DNA of 64,000 bases from a virus. A program made the translations under genes and the position numbers. Within the stretch, counting starts at the first letter, position 1, and every line of letters starts with the position of its first letter. Of this stretch, positions 29,466 through 39,197 are shown piece after piece. The stretch lies in the IMG/VR virus record IMGVR_UViG_3300044614_000912, positions 32,001 through 96,000 of that record; one strand, written 5' to 3'. The notes below the pieces were generated by a model. The model was not told where the DNA came from, did no database searches, and worked only from the letters and a program-made list of their open reading frames with translations.

Positions 29466-30577
29466 AAACATTATTCATAGGACATTACAAAGAAGGTAGC
29501 GGTTGGTCGCATGGAGCGATTGATACGTTATTAGCAGCACAATCTGCTGGAATTGATATTGTAGCTAGAAATATTAAACTAACAAATTATCAACCAGAAA
29601 TCGATAAGAGAATTATTCAGTTAGAAAATAAGTCTCTACAGAACATAGAGTGCTGCATACAAAATGTTTTGCCTCATCATATCGTTGGTACTCAAAAGTT
29701 CAAAAAGAATATTGCTTATTTCGTGGGTGAATCAAATACTCTTAGATATAACAATTGGTTGAATCATCTGAAATTAGTAGATGAGGTTTGGGTGCCTAAT
29801 GTATCCTTACAGGAATCACTTCTATCTGATGGAATCAAAAGAGTTCGCGTCATACCATATGCTTGTGATATTACCAAGTATTCAAGGGTTAAGCACGGTA
29901 TAAACTTTGGACCGCATGAGCATAAATTCAAATTCTACTATATTGGCGATCTAAATGATCGTAAAAATATAGAGTCTATTATACGCGCTTTTCATAGTGA
30001 ATTTTATCATTTTGAACCAGTAAGTTTGATACTCAAAGTAAAGAAATTTGGTATCAATCCAAAGGACTTATTTCAGCATGTTACCAATATTTGTTCAAGC
30101 ATTAAGAAAGAACTAAGAATATATGGTGATATCAATCAATACCATAAAGAACTCATCATTTGTGACGATCTATCAGATGATCAAATTTTAGCCATGCATC
30201 ATTCGTGTAATTGTTTTGTGGCACCTTCCCACGGTGAAGGATGGTCTATACCAGCTTTTGATGCTATGAGCTTTGGCAAAACCCCCATTTGTAGTAATGA
30301 AGGTGGTCCTAGAGAATTCATCGATATTCAGAACAAGAATACCGGATGCCTTATTAATGGGATTTATTCTGTCTGCAATCACTCTGATCCTGCACTTCCC
30401 GGCTTATTTACTGGCAGAGAAGAATGGTTTGTACCAAGTGAAAGTGAAATCAAAAAAGCTATGAGATTTTATTACGAGAATAAAGATTCTATCAACAGAT
30501 CAGAAGGAATCAAAAGGGCGGAAGAATTCTCTCATAGCAATGTAGGACAAAAGATTAAGGAAGCAATCAATGATTAA
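29462..30577 (+). CDS. glycosyltransferase GT4/GT-B
   Basis: SGWS, IGDLNDRKNI, SHGEGWSIPAFDAMSFG. Confidence 0.9.
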   Translation: MKTLFIGHYKEGSGWSHGAIDTLLAAQSAGIDIVARNIKLTNYQPEIDKRIIQLENKSLQNIECCIQNVLPHHIVGTQKFKKNIAYFVGESNTLRYNNWLNHLKLVDEVWVPNVSLQESLLSDGIKRVRVIPYACDITKYSRVKHGINFGPHEHKFKFYYIGDLNDRKNIESIIRAFHSEFYHFEPVSLILKVKKFGINPKDLFQHVTNICSSIKKELRIYGDINQYHKELIICDDLSDDQILAMHHSCNCFVAPSHGEGWSIPAFDAMSFGKTPICSNEGGPREFIDIQNKNTGCLINGIYSVCNHSDPALPGLFTGREEWFVPSESEIKKAMRFYYENKDSINRSEGIKRAEEFSHSNVGQKIKEAIND

Positions 30578-31568
30578 TAATTCAGTAGAGCGATTAATTA
30601 ATATCGCAAATAAGCAAAAGCCAGAAAAGTACAACATCCTTACTTTTCCAACGCATGAAAGATATGAAACTCAGTTGTGCAAAACTGGGCATAATTTCTA
30701 TTCATTTCATTTGCCTAATTTAAAGAAGTGGGATTCTTCTCAAATTGCCACGCCTCCTAATTATCATATTTTACCAGAATCGCATATTTGTGATTTCATA
30801 GGATATGACTTCATACTTGTACAAAGCAAATACTGGCAGTACCAAGCTGCTCAACAAATTAATCAGCAATTAAATATACCAATTATCTGTTTGGAGCATA
30901 CATTACCAACTCCGCAAACCCTTAGTAAAGATCAAATACAATCAATGATAAACATGGTTGGTCATGTTAATGTGTTTATATCCAAGTTTTCAATGGACGC
31001 TTGGAAGATCAAATATAACACTGTTGTTATTCATCATGGCATTGATTCAGAAACATTTAAGCCAAATGGTGAGCAAAAGCAGGATTATGTCCTTACTGTA
31101 GCGAATGATTTTGTAAACAGAGACTATTGTTTAAATTATAATGGGTGGCAAAGAGTAACAAATAAACTCAAAACAAAACTAGTTGGAGACACAAAGGGAT
31201 TATCAAAATCAGCATCTTCGACAGAAGAACTTGTTAAGGAATATAATGTTTGCGGTGTGTATTTCAATAGTTCAACACTAAGCCCTATACCAACATCTTT
31301 ATTAGAGGCAATGAGTTGCGGATGTGCAGTTGTATCAACGGCAACATGTATGATACCAGAAATTATACAGAATGGCGTAAATGGTTTTATCTCTAATGAT
31401 GAACAAGAGTTGGAAGCATATCTCAATCAAATACTAAAAGATAAAGAACTTCAAAAAACCCTAGGAGAAAATGCCAGAAAGACCATCCTAGAAAGGTTTT
31501 CAGAGGATACATTTATTAATAAGTGGAATGAAATTTTCGACATAACATATGAGGTTTCAATACGATGA
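30570..31568 (+). CDS. glycosyltransferase GT4/GT-B
   Basis: IHHGIDSETF, SPIPTSLLEAMSCG, PEIIQNGVNG, LGENAR. Confidence 0.9.
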   Translation: MINNSVERLINIANKQKPEKYNILTFPTHERYETQLCKTGHNFYSFHLPNLKKWDSSQIATPPNYHILPESHICDFIGYDFILVQSKYWQYQAAQQINQQLNIPIICLEHTLPTPQTLSKDQIQSMINMVGHVNVFISKFSMDAWKIKYNTVVIHHGIDSETFKPNGEQKQDYVLTVANDFVNRDYCLNYNGWQRVTNKLKTKLVGDTKGLSKSASSTEELVKEYNVCGVYFNSSTLSPIPTSLLEAMSCGCAVVSTATCMIPEIIQNGVNGFISNDEQELEAYLNQILKDKELQKTLGENARKTILERFSEDTFINKWNEIFDITYEVSIR

Positions 31569-31993
31569 ACGTTTACATTACTGAAAATATTGATAAAGTT
31601 ATTGACGGGTATACGATGATCCCGATCATATATGGAAAAATAGATTTGGGGCAAGTTTCCAATAATGCTGCACAATCTATAGTAGCAATAGATGCTCTAG
31701 ATAGTATTCCAGTACAATTTTTGAATACTTTTCTTGATGATGTAAAAAGTAAGATGAGATTCAATAGTCAACTAGTTCTAGGCGGAACAGAACTTACCGT
31801 TATTTCTAGAGATGTGATGCTAGGCAATCTAAATACTCAGAAATACAATGAATTGATTTTTTCTAAGCGTGGTATTTACAATGTAAGCGATATTGTAAGC
31901 TTATTGCAAGATAAGGGTTTATTGGTTAACAAGTCTATCATAAAAGGATATAACTATGAAATCTCAGCCACAAGACCGCAGATTGCAAACTAG
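31565..31993 (+). CDS. truncated class I methyltransferase-like protein
   Basis: NAAQSIVAIDALDSI...KMRFNSQLVL resembles the post-motif-I half of SAM-dependent MTases; no GxG motif I. Confidence 0.4.
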   Translation: MNVYITENIDKVIDGYTMIPIIYGKIDLGQVSNNAAQSIVAIDALDSIPVQFLNTFLDDVKSKMRFNSQLVLGGTELTVISRDVMLGNLNTQKYNELIFSKRGIYNVSDIVSLLQDKGLLVNKSIIKGYNYEISATRPQIAN

Positions 31994-32687
31994 TTGTAAG
32001 AATTGCACATTTGCAGTTTATGAGGGCATAACACAAACGGGCTGTGTTGCCAATAGATTGCAAAAATTTGATAAAAATGATATCATAGAAGCTTACGATA
32101 ATGAAAAAGAGTTCTATGTTATCAAAAAGTTTTGTAACTTATATAGACCGTTATCATGGAACGATGGGGTTCAGAGTCTAGAGAGGGCCACATCAGAGTC
32201 AGCAATAGATTTTGATATTATGGTCGATTGTAATGATATCACAGAAGAATTTAAGAACTATTTGATTGATGCAACGTCAGAAATAGGATATTACAAAGAT
32301 AAAGCTCAGATCAACCTTTTTCATGATTACACATGCTCATCGGATATAAAGTCTAGAGTTCTAGATGTATATTCTAATGACAAAAACATTAAAATTTCTA
32401 TATGTTTAAAATCGGAAAGATTCTTACATGAATTAGCACTTAAATCCAAAAAGAACTGTCACCTTGTAATATCAGACAATTTTGACTTTACAAAGCTTGC
32501 AAACCTTAACGCACTGGTCAATCAAGACCTAAAAAGATTTATTGTGGCTAATTGCGATGGAACATTAGTTATTTCCAATATGGCATATAAGATGAACTAT
32601 GCCAATGATCCAATAGATAACTATCAAATTAATGTGCAAAATATAGTTGAAACGGCTAAAAACATAGGAATGTATATCGATATTTGA
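31956..32687 (+). CDS. hypothetical protein, Cys-rich N-terminus
   Basis: CKNC..A...QTGC...FCN.YR; located in the GT operon. Confidence 0.6.
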   Translation: MKSQPQDRRLQTSCKNCTFAVYEGITQTGCVANRLQKFDKNDIIEAYDNEKEFYVIKKFCNLYRPLSWNDGVQSLERATSESAIDFDIMVDCNDITEEFKNYLIDATSEIGYYKDKAQINLFHDYTCSSDIKSRVLDVYSNDKNIKISICLKSERFLHELALKSKKNCHLVISDNFDFTKLANLNALVNQDLKRFIVANCDGTLVISNMAYKMNYANDPIDNYQINVQNIVETAKNIGMYIDI

Positions 32688-32688
32688 T

Positions 32689-33432
32689 ATGAAGACGAAA
32701 TGCATAACATCGCCAAAGGCAACAGCCTCGCAAAATAAAGTAACATCAGATTTAGTTACCGTTATATTATTATGCGACTCTCCGGGTTATAGGATGAAAT
32801 CATATGGGCCGCTGCCATTAATAGGAATATCAGATAAGAAATTAATAGACTTACAGATTAATGCTATTCAGCAAACATTTCTAAATAATGAGATTATACT
32901 ATGCGTAGGTTTTGATGCCGAAAAAATCTGTAAATATATTAGAACCTACCATAGCAAATCAAATATAAGAATCGTTGAAAACCAACTTTTTAATAGTTGC
33001 AATTCATGTGAGAGTACTAGGATAGCCCTAAACAATACCCTAAATGATAAAATTTTAATATGTGACGGGAATCTGTTGCTAAACAGTAAATGTTTGTCTC
33101 TGATTAAAAATAATGAAACTTGTGTCTTAACTGAAATCAGTCCATCAGAAAATCTAGAAATTGGAATCAATATGAACGAGAAGCAGGACGCAGAGTATTT
33201 TTCTTTTGGGGCACGTACAATATGGTCAGAGATACTTTATTTACACAACTTCGAAACAATAGAATTGTTTAGACGAATCATAGTGTCTCAGGATAATAAG
33301 AGCAAGTTTCTATTTGAGGCACTAAATGAATTGCTCAAAACAAAACATAAAATACGATGCATACCAAACAAGCATCAACTTCAAAAAATAAGCAACATAA
33401 AGACTTATCATGCTATAAAGGAAAAACTATGA
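32689..33432 (+). CDS. sugar/choline nucleotidyltransferase-like protein (LicC/GlmU-N fold, degenerate signature)
   Basis: VILLCDSPGYRMKSYGPLPL vs consensus IILAAGxGxRM...PKxL; LCVGFDAE, ICDGNLL. Confidence 0.65.
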   Translation: MKTKCITSPKATASQNKVTSDLVTVILLCDSPGYRMKSYGPLPLIGISDKKLIDLQINAIQQTFLNNEIILCVGFDAEKICKYIRTYHSKSNIRIVENQLFNSCNSCESTRIALNNTLNDKILICDGNLLLNSKCLSLIKNNETCVLTEISPSENLEIGINMNEKQDAEYFSFGARTIWSEILYLHNFETIELFRRIIVSQDNKSKFLFEALNELLKTKHKIRCIPNKHQLQKISNIKTYHAIKEKL

Positions 33433-34298
33433 ATTTTGTAATCGGAAATTATGCCTCTGCAACTCAAACTGAGCCTATGTATATAGATGCTACCTTAAAA
33501 GCTATAGGGTGCAAGTCGGCAATATGGAATCCAACAAAAATTAGTGCCTACGATATATTTGATATGGTAAAGCCAGATTATCATCTAACGCATATAACCG
33601 CTATAATGACAGATGTTGTTTCATATATCAAAGAAAATGGTGGAGTAGAGCTTATTATCAATATATCTGGAGCAAATCAAGATGTAGTCACCAACACAGA
33701 AAGACTACTAAAAGAACGTAATGTTCCAATAGCATTTTTGTTTACCAACAGCGATGATTGTTCTATAGAATCAGAAGCACGGTTAATTAAAATAGGATTT
33801 GGTGCCGACTTATTTTTGAGTAAGGGGAATATTCCATACAACCTAGACTTGGGGCAAATTGTGTTCTCAAAAGAACACATCAAGAGCTTCGATTGCCCTT
33901 ACCATACAATAAGTTATGTTAAAAGCTTAGAAAATGATGTTGATATACTACTTCCTGTGAATCAGCTATCAAATATCTACCATAATTATGACAGATTAGT
34001 TTTCAGAAGCTTCGGAGCAATAATACCGCAATGCCTATATGATGCAATATATTATGGTAAACATGTTTCATATGATATAGATGACGAAGATACAAGAAAA
34101 GTAGTTTCAGAAAAAATCAAGAAAATATTCCGTACCGATATGGATATTTGTGACCCAAATAATGTAGATAGTGTAGAGCTTAGAAAACAATTGCTAGATA
34201 GACACACTTGCTTTCATAGAGTTAAATCTATCTTGTCGCAATTACCTTCTAGTGAATATTTAAGCAAGATAGATCAACTAATTGGAGAAGTAAAATGA
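33429..34298 (+). CDS. degenerate GT-B (CgeB-like) protein
   Basis: C-terminal HTCFHRVKSIL like CgeB/Glyco_trans_1_2; KPDY; lacks EX7E; ATGA-coupled start 33429. Confidence 0.45.
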   Translation: MNFVIGNYASATQTEPMYIDATLKAIGCKSAIWNPTKISAYDIFDMVKPDYHLTHITAIMTDVVSYIKENGGVELIINISGANQDVVTNTERLLKERNVPIAFLFTNSDDCSIESEARLIKIGFGADLFLSKGNIPYNLDLGQIVFSKEHIKSFDCPYHTISYVKSLENDVDILLPVNQLSNIYHNYDRLVFRSFGAIIPQCLYDAIYYGKHVSYDIDDEDTRKVVSEKIKKIFRTDMDICDPNNVDSVELRKQLLDRHTCFHRVKSILSQLPSSEYLSKIDQLIGEVK

Positions 34299-35086
34299 GT
34301 ATCACAGTAGTATTGAATGGCTTTAAAAGACCTCATACACTAAAGGAACAATATGCTGCATTAAAACAGCAAACAGTTCAAGATTTTGATATTATGTTAT
34401 GGATCAATCTTGTTGATTCAACAAGTCTAGAATTTGATCAAAGTATTATAAATGATTGTAATTCTATTATATCGAATACCAATTTTGGGGTTTGGGGTAG
34501 ATTCACAGCGGCTTTAAATGCTAGAACCAAATATGTTTGCGTCATTGATGACGATACAATACCGGGCAAAAAATGGTTAGAAAATTGTTTAAATACTATA
34601 CAAACCCATCGTGGCGTTTTAAGCACTAGAGGGGTGGTAGCTAATCTTGGTCATGATCTTTCATATCCGGCTCCAGCAAGCTATACCGCTGTCGGATGGT
34701 GCAATCCTAATGAAAAAGCCGTGCGTGTGGACATGGGGTGCCACTCTTGGTTTTTTGAAAAAACTTGGATCAGAGCATTTTTCGCAGAAATGCCAGATAT
34801 TTTCCCAATGAGATATGGTGAAGATATGCATCTATCATATGCCGTTAAAAAACATTTTGATCTTAATACATATGTGCCTCCTCATCCAGCAAATGATTTA
34901 GATATGTGGGGTTCAATGCCAAAAACAGCTATGTCATACGGAACAGATAGTGCCGCAGTATCTTGGAGTGCAGAAGCTAATCAAGGTATGAACAAATATT
35001 GGAACTTTATTAGGCAGATGGGTTATCCTATTATTGCAGAAGAACAAGAAGAGGAAAAGAATGAAATTCACAATTCGGCCAAATAA
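34295..35086 (+). CDS. glycosyltransferase GT-A fold
   Basis: ITVVLNGFKR, VIDDD (DxD), GEDMHLS. Confidence 0.85.
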   Translation: MSITVVLNGFKRPHTLKEQYAALKQQTVQDFDIMLWINLVDSTSLEFDQSIINDCNSIISNTNFGVWGRFTAALNARTKYVCVIDDDTIPGKKWLENCLNTIQTHRGVLSTRGVVANLGHDLSYPAPASYTAVGWCNPNEKAVRVDMGCHSWFFEKTWIRAFFAEMPDIFPMRYGEDMHLSYAVKKHFDLNTYVPPHPANDLDMWGSMPKTAMSYGTDSAAVSWSAEANQGMNKYWNFIRQMGYPIIAEEQEEEKNEIHNSAK

Positions 35087-35801
35087 AAGCTTCACGGAAG
35101 ATATTAAGGTTTTGGAACGGGCCATAAAGAATGGAGAAAATATTAGCTTTTCTAAGTTTTGCGATGGCGAATGGGCCGTGATAAACAATCAATCATTAAA
35201 TAATAAAGAGTTCTGGTTCGATCCAAGCGATGAGGAAGATCAATTTAAAAGACAAGAATTAATCAAGGCTTTTCAGTATAAAAATCCTAGATATTTTGTT
35301 GGTATAACTTGTGTAAATGTTTTTGGCCTACAAACCCATCAAGAAATGACAAAGTTAAGTGGTCAAGATGAAGATCATTTAACTTGGGCAGATATTTGGG
35401 TAAATTCAAATTATAGGTATTATCTAGATAATATAGTGCCATTATACGGCACGAAACCCGTCTTAATGGTTTGCAATGAAAAAGCCAAAGTGGAAAATTT
35501 GCCATTTAAACCCACAATCGTAGTTCCTGTAAAAAATAACGCATGGAAGGAAAATTGGGACTTGGTTCAAGAACTAACTTGGCTAGTAAAAGAAAAAGCA
35601 TGGGAAGACATGATCTTCTTGTTTTGTTGCGGTCCATTTGGTAATATATTATGCCACAAATTAACAGAGGTCAATAATAACAATACCTATCTTGATATTG
35701 GTTCTACTCTAAATCCATTTTTACAGTCATCGGAATTTGAGCGGGATTACTATATGGGTAATAACTATTTTTCTAACATGATAGGAGCTTGGGATCAATG
35801 A
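35061..35801 (+). CDS. GT-D fold (DUF1792-like) glycosyltransferase
   Basis: SFSKFCDGE, CCGPFGNIL, YLDIGS match GT-D R(F/Y)GDGE, xLGP and DIG motifs. Confidence 0.7.
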   Translation: MKFTIRPNKSFTEDIKVLERAIKNGENISFSKFCDGEWAVINNQSLNNKEFWFDPSDEEDQFKRQELIKAFQYKNPRYFVGITCVNVFGLQTHQEMTKLSGQDEDHLTWADIWVNSNYRYYLDNIVPLYGTKPVLMVCNEKAKVENLPFKPTIVVPVKNNAWKENWDLVQELTWLVKEKAWEDMIFLFCCGPFGNILCHKLTEVNNNNTYLDIGSTLNPFLQSSEFERDYYMGNNYFSNMIGAWDQ

Positions 35802-36250
35802 ACGTAGGCGTTTATGTTTCTGATTTCAGTGATACAAATCAAATCGCTGGTATCGCACAAGAATTAAATCAAGCCATCAGTGATAAGCGTATCATTGACG
35901 CTAGTTTATTCTATGATGGAGTTTGTCACAATCCCGTCAAGCTTAATTTTGGATCATTTAATAGTACAGATTTATGGAATTTTAATGGATCGCTTATTGT
36001 AACAAATCTGAATAGTTTAGTCAATGCATTGAATATTGTCAATAAAATCAATATATACTATTATTATGGGTGGGAAGATAAACCAAAGACACTAGATATT
36101 TTATTTGCTACATCGCGTGGCATAAAAATACTTTGTAGGAATGAAGAAGATTCTTCTTACATCAAACGCATAACAGGAAAGCATCCAGTAGGATTAAGTA
36201 AAAACTTCGAAAATATAGTAGATTTATTGAAAGGTCAACAAAATGGATGA
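35798..36250 (+). CDS. hypothetical protein, possibly an isolated GT-B Rossmann half
   Basis: Alternating beta/alpha pattern, YYYYGWE; ATGA-coupled. Confidence 0.5.
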   Translation: MNVGVYVSDFSDTNQIAGIAQELNQAISDKRIIDASLFYDGVCHNPVKLNFGSFNSTDLWNFNGSLIVTNLNSLVNALNIVNKINIYYYYGWEDKPKTLDILFATSRGIKILCRNEEDSSYIKRITGKHPVGLSKNFENIVDLLKGQQNG

Positions 36251-37010
36251 GTCAAAAATAGTACATATGTATACCAATCAAAATAAGAGTACATATGAGA
36301 TAGCAGAAGCAATGAAAACTTATCCTAATAAAATTAGGCGAGTGTTAATAAAGAGCGGTGTAGAACTAAAAACAAAGAGCGAAGCACAAAAAAACGCTAT
36401 CGAAAAAGGAACATCCATACATCCTACCAGTGGCAAGCAGCGAACTTATGAAGAAAAAATCAAGATTAGCTCTGGTCTAAAAAAGTATTGGGATGAAATG
36501 AGCGAAAGCGATTATAACGCAAAGATCAAACAGGCTAAGGAACGCTGGGAAAAGATTCCAGAAACTGAAAAGGAACGCATGTTAGAGTCTGCGATTAAAA
36601 GTATTCAATTGGCGGGCAAAGAAGGATCAAAATTAGAGAAATTTATTTATGAAGAAATTGTGAAGCATGGGTATAAAGTAGAATATCATAAAAAACAGCT
36701 TATCCAAAACGAAAATTTGGAAATCGACATGTACGTACCCTCCGTCAAGACTATAATAGAGGTAGACGGCCCTTCCCATTTTCTTCCAATATGGGGAGAA
36801 GAAAAACTACAAAAACAAATCAAAGCAGACTTCCACAAGACAGGCTTGATTCTAAGCAAAGGAATGGTTATTGTTAGGATTAAAAATCTGTCGGATTCTG
36901 TCTGTTTAGCAGACAAGGAAAAGTTGAGGCTTGACATTTTGAATTGCTTGGATACAATAAAGAAAAAGTTCCCCAAAGAATCAGAAAGGTACATTGAGAT
37001 AGAAATATGA
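36243..37010 (+). CDS. putative homing endonuclease (HTH/NUMOD3 + Vsr/DUF559-like domain)
   Basis: STYEIAE HTH, GKQRTYEEKIKIS NUMOD3-like, EIDMYVP...IEVDGPSH. Confidence 0.75.
   Translation: MDESKIVHMYTNQNKSTYEIAEAMKTYPNKIRRVLIKSGVELKTKSEAQKNAIEKGTSIHPTSGKQRTYEEKIKISSGLKKYWDEMSESDYNAKIKQAKERWEKIPETEKERMLESAIKSIQLAGKEGSKLEKFIYEEIVKHGYKVEYHKKQLIQNENLEIDMYVPSVKTIIEVDGPSHFLPIWGEEKLQKQIKADFHKTGLILSKGMVIVRIKNLSDSVCLADKEKLRLDILNCLDTIKKKFPKESERYIEIEI
36931..36958 (+). promoter_or_regulatory. candidate sigma70 promoter inside the endonuclease gene
   Basis: TTGACA-16 nt-TACAAT, ~50 nt upstream of ATG 37007. Confidence 0.5.
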
Positions 37011-37774
37011 GTACAGCAACAGAAATATCAGAAAATCTATTTGCAGAAGTTGAGTTGTCTACACCGGGAAATACGGACACATCGGTGAAGCACGTTATTG
37101 ATTCAAATATGCCATCTATGTTATCAGCAGAGTGGCATGAATATGCTATGAGCCTGTTCCATGAGTCAGAACTGGTGGATGGTCATCCTCTAGTCGCTGG
37201 ACTAAGACGGGTAGCAGAACTGGTGCTTGGAACCATTGTTTTTAGTGGTCCAACGCAAGTATTTCCGGTTCAAAGAGAAGATCATCATGGTAGAGCCACA
37301 GTAGTCTTTTCGGTCAAGTTTGCTAATGGAATCACCTATTCCGAAGTAGCAGACTCTTGGGAAGGCAATACCGATGATATGTTCTGTGCTTTTGCTGTTG
37401 CTATTGCTAGTACTAGAGCAGAAGCCAGAGCGTTAAGAAAGGCTCTAAAGATTAAGGGTGTCGCTGCGGAAGAACTTACAAAGAAAGATACCGCAAAGAT
37501 CGTTCGTGCTATTTCTTCTACAAAGGCTAGCAGCGAGGGCGAATATGACGATCAGAGCCGCATGAGCGATGCTCAGTACAATTTTATCGATGTTAAGTGT
37601 AAGCAACTTAATATTGATGGACAGAAGCTATTCAAACAGTTTAATGTGGATAGCGGAAAGAAGGTTTCTAAGAAAGTCGCTAGTGATATTATTGATGTTC
37701 TCAATGATTACCAGCGGGATAAGAACTTAATACCAAAAGATATAACAGGCTATCAACAGGAGTGGCGTAACTAA
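37007..37774 (+). CDS. Rad52/Sak-like ssDNA annealing protein
   Basis: AGLRRVA, ATVVFSV, AIASTRAEARALRKAL...AAEE; C-terminal SDAQ domain. Confidence 0.6.
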   Translation: MSTATEISENLFAEVELSTPGNTDTSVKHVIDSNMPSMLSAEWHEYAMSLFHESELVDGHPLVAGLRRVAELVLGTIVFSGPTQVFPVQREDHHGRATVVFSVKFANGITYSEVADSWEGNTDDMFCAFAVAIASTRAEARALRKALKIKGVAAEELTKKDTAKIVRAISSTKASSEGEYDDQSRMSDAQYNFIDVKCKQLNIDGQKLFKQFNVDSGKKVSKKVASDIIDVLNDYQRDKNLIPKDITGYQQEWRN

Positions 37775-38109
37775 TGAAACTAACATACACTACAAAAAAT
37801 GGCAGAATTACAGCAGAGTTAGAAGGGGAATCTCAGAAGGATTTATTTGGCGAACTAAATAAATTCCAAGAGGTTTTTGAAGAAACCGTCTGTGGCAAGT
37901 GCGGCAACGAAGATGTAAAGTTCGTTGTCCGAACTGTCGATGATAACCAGTACTATGAGTTACGTTGCTCAAAGTGTGGTGCTAGACTCGCCTTTGGAGT
38001 TCATAAGAAGGGTGGCGGTCTATTTCCAAAACGAAAGGATAATGATGGCAAGTGGTTGCCCGATAATGGTTGGGTGAAATGGAATCCCAAGACGGAGCAA
38101 TCGGAATAA
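37774..38109 (+). CDS. zinc-ribbon protein
   Basis: CGKCG...CSKCGA.L.FG...LFPKRK...GW. Confidence 0.7.
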   Translation: MKLTYTTKNGRITAELEGESQKDLFGELNKFQEVFEETVCGKCGNEDVKFVVRTVDDNQYYELRCSKCGARLAFGVHKKGGGLFPKRKDNDGKWLPDNGWVKWNPKTEQSE

Positions 38110-38121
38110 AAAGGAGAGCTT

Positions 38122-38424
38122 ATGAGATTAATTGCAAGTATCTTATGTTTGCTTGTTGCGTTTGCGTCCTTGGATGCAAAAGCTTGTGAGGTTACGTATG
38201 TTACGAATGTTGTAACTGCCCCTCCACAGCCAGTGCCGTATTTACAGGTTATGGTGTATCAAGCACCGGCCTATACGGTTATGGTTCCAGTTGTAATTCA
38301 ACCACAAACGGTTGTTGAGCAACGAGTGGTATGGGGATATCCCTACCAAGCTGTGACAGTGCCAGTGAATCAATACCATCACTGGGGATATAACAAGCGT
38401 TGCTTGCCTATCTATAAGTATTGA
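38122..38424 (+). CDS. secreted Pro/Val/Tyr-rich protein
   Basis: Signal peptide ending AKA; low-complexity mature part; AGGAG RBS. Confidence 0.7.
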   Translation: MRLIASILCLLVAFASLDAKACEVTYVTNVVTAPPQPVPYLQVMVYQAPAYTVMVPVVIQPQTVVEQRVVWGYPYQAVTVPVNQYHHWGYNKRCLPIYKY

Positions 38425-38432
38425 TGAGGGAA

Positions 38433-38469
38433 GAATTGGGGGGTAGCCTAAGAAACTACCCCCTTATTC
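38433..38469. terminator. bidirectional intrinsic terminator between convergent transcription units
   Basis: GGGGGGTAG-cctaagaaa-CTACCCCCT stem at the +/- strand junction. Confidence 0.8.
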
Positions 38470-38483
38470 ATTCTTACTTATTT

Positions 38484-39197
38484 TCAGAGATATTCAAGAG
38501 TAAAATATAAACCGTATTGAGTCTTACTACCTACGGTTACTGGTTCTGAACTTAGTGCTAAATACCAATCGTGTCTGACAGATTGATGGGTAACACCTTC
38601 TTGTGAAGTATAGCCAAGGCTTGTGCTAGCATCTTGGGTATTGGTATTCTTACCGCTTGCTCCGGGTGATGCTGTAAAAGGCATGTCTGTCATGGCGTCA
38701 ACTGGATCAAATTCGTACCAGCTAGTTTCGCTTCTTCCGCGATGACTTAAATTTACTACAGATTGTACAGTTGCGGGATGTCTAGCCTCATAGACGTAAG
38801 TTACAACGCCGCTAGCATGATTATTGATATTGTTGCGATCAAAAATGCGAAGACGGCAATTCTGAACACGCACAGGCTCTGTGTGAGTAAATCTGACGTT
38901 TAATGGGCAGAGATAGTTGGGTAGCTTGTCTAGATCAACAGCACTTAAACCATTAATACTCACTGTTCCTTTTGTGGTTAAATTACCACTAGTAACAAAT
39001 GCGGTATTATTTAACTGTGCGCCTTGATTAGTACCTATAGCATTGGTTACGAAAGTCGTGGTCTGTTTAGCACCAACGGGAACCGAGATACCAAAGCCAT
39101 TACCATAAAAGCCAATACCAGAACCGGCGGAATGATTGATTAATTCACCATCGCCGCTTTGGTCTTTGATATTCGCATAAAATTTGATTTCAGCCAT
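38484..39197 (-). CDS. putative virion structural protein
   Basis: Beta-rich; last gene of the tail module; GGGAG RBS and its own upstream TATAAT. Confidence 0.6.
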   Translation of the reverse strand: MAEIKFYANIKDQSGDGELINHSAGSGIGFYGNGFGISVPVGAKQTTTFVTNAIGTNQGAQLNNTAFVTSGNLTTKGTVSINGLSAVDLDKLPNYLCPLNVRFTHTEPVRVQNCRLRIFDRNNINNHASGVVTYVYEARHPATVQSVVNLSHRGRSETSWYEFDPVDAMTDMPFTASPGASGKNTNTQDASTSLGYTSQEGVTHQSVRHDWYLALSSEPVTVGSKTQYGLYFTLEYL

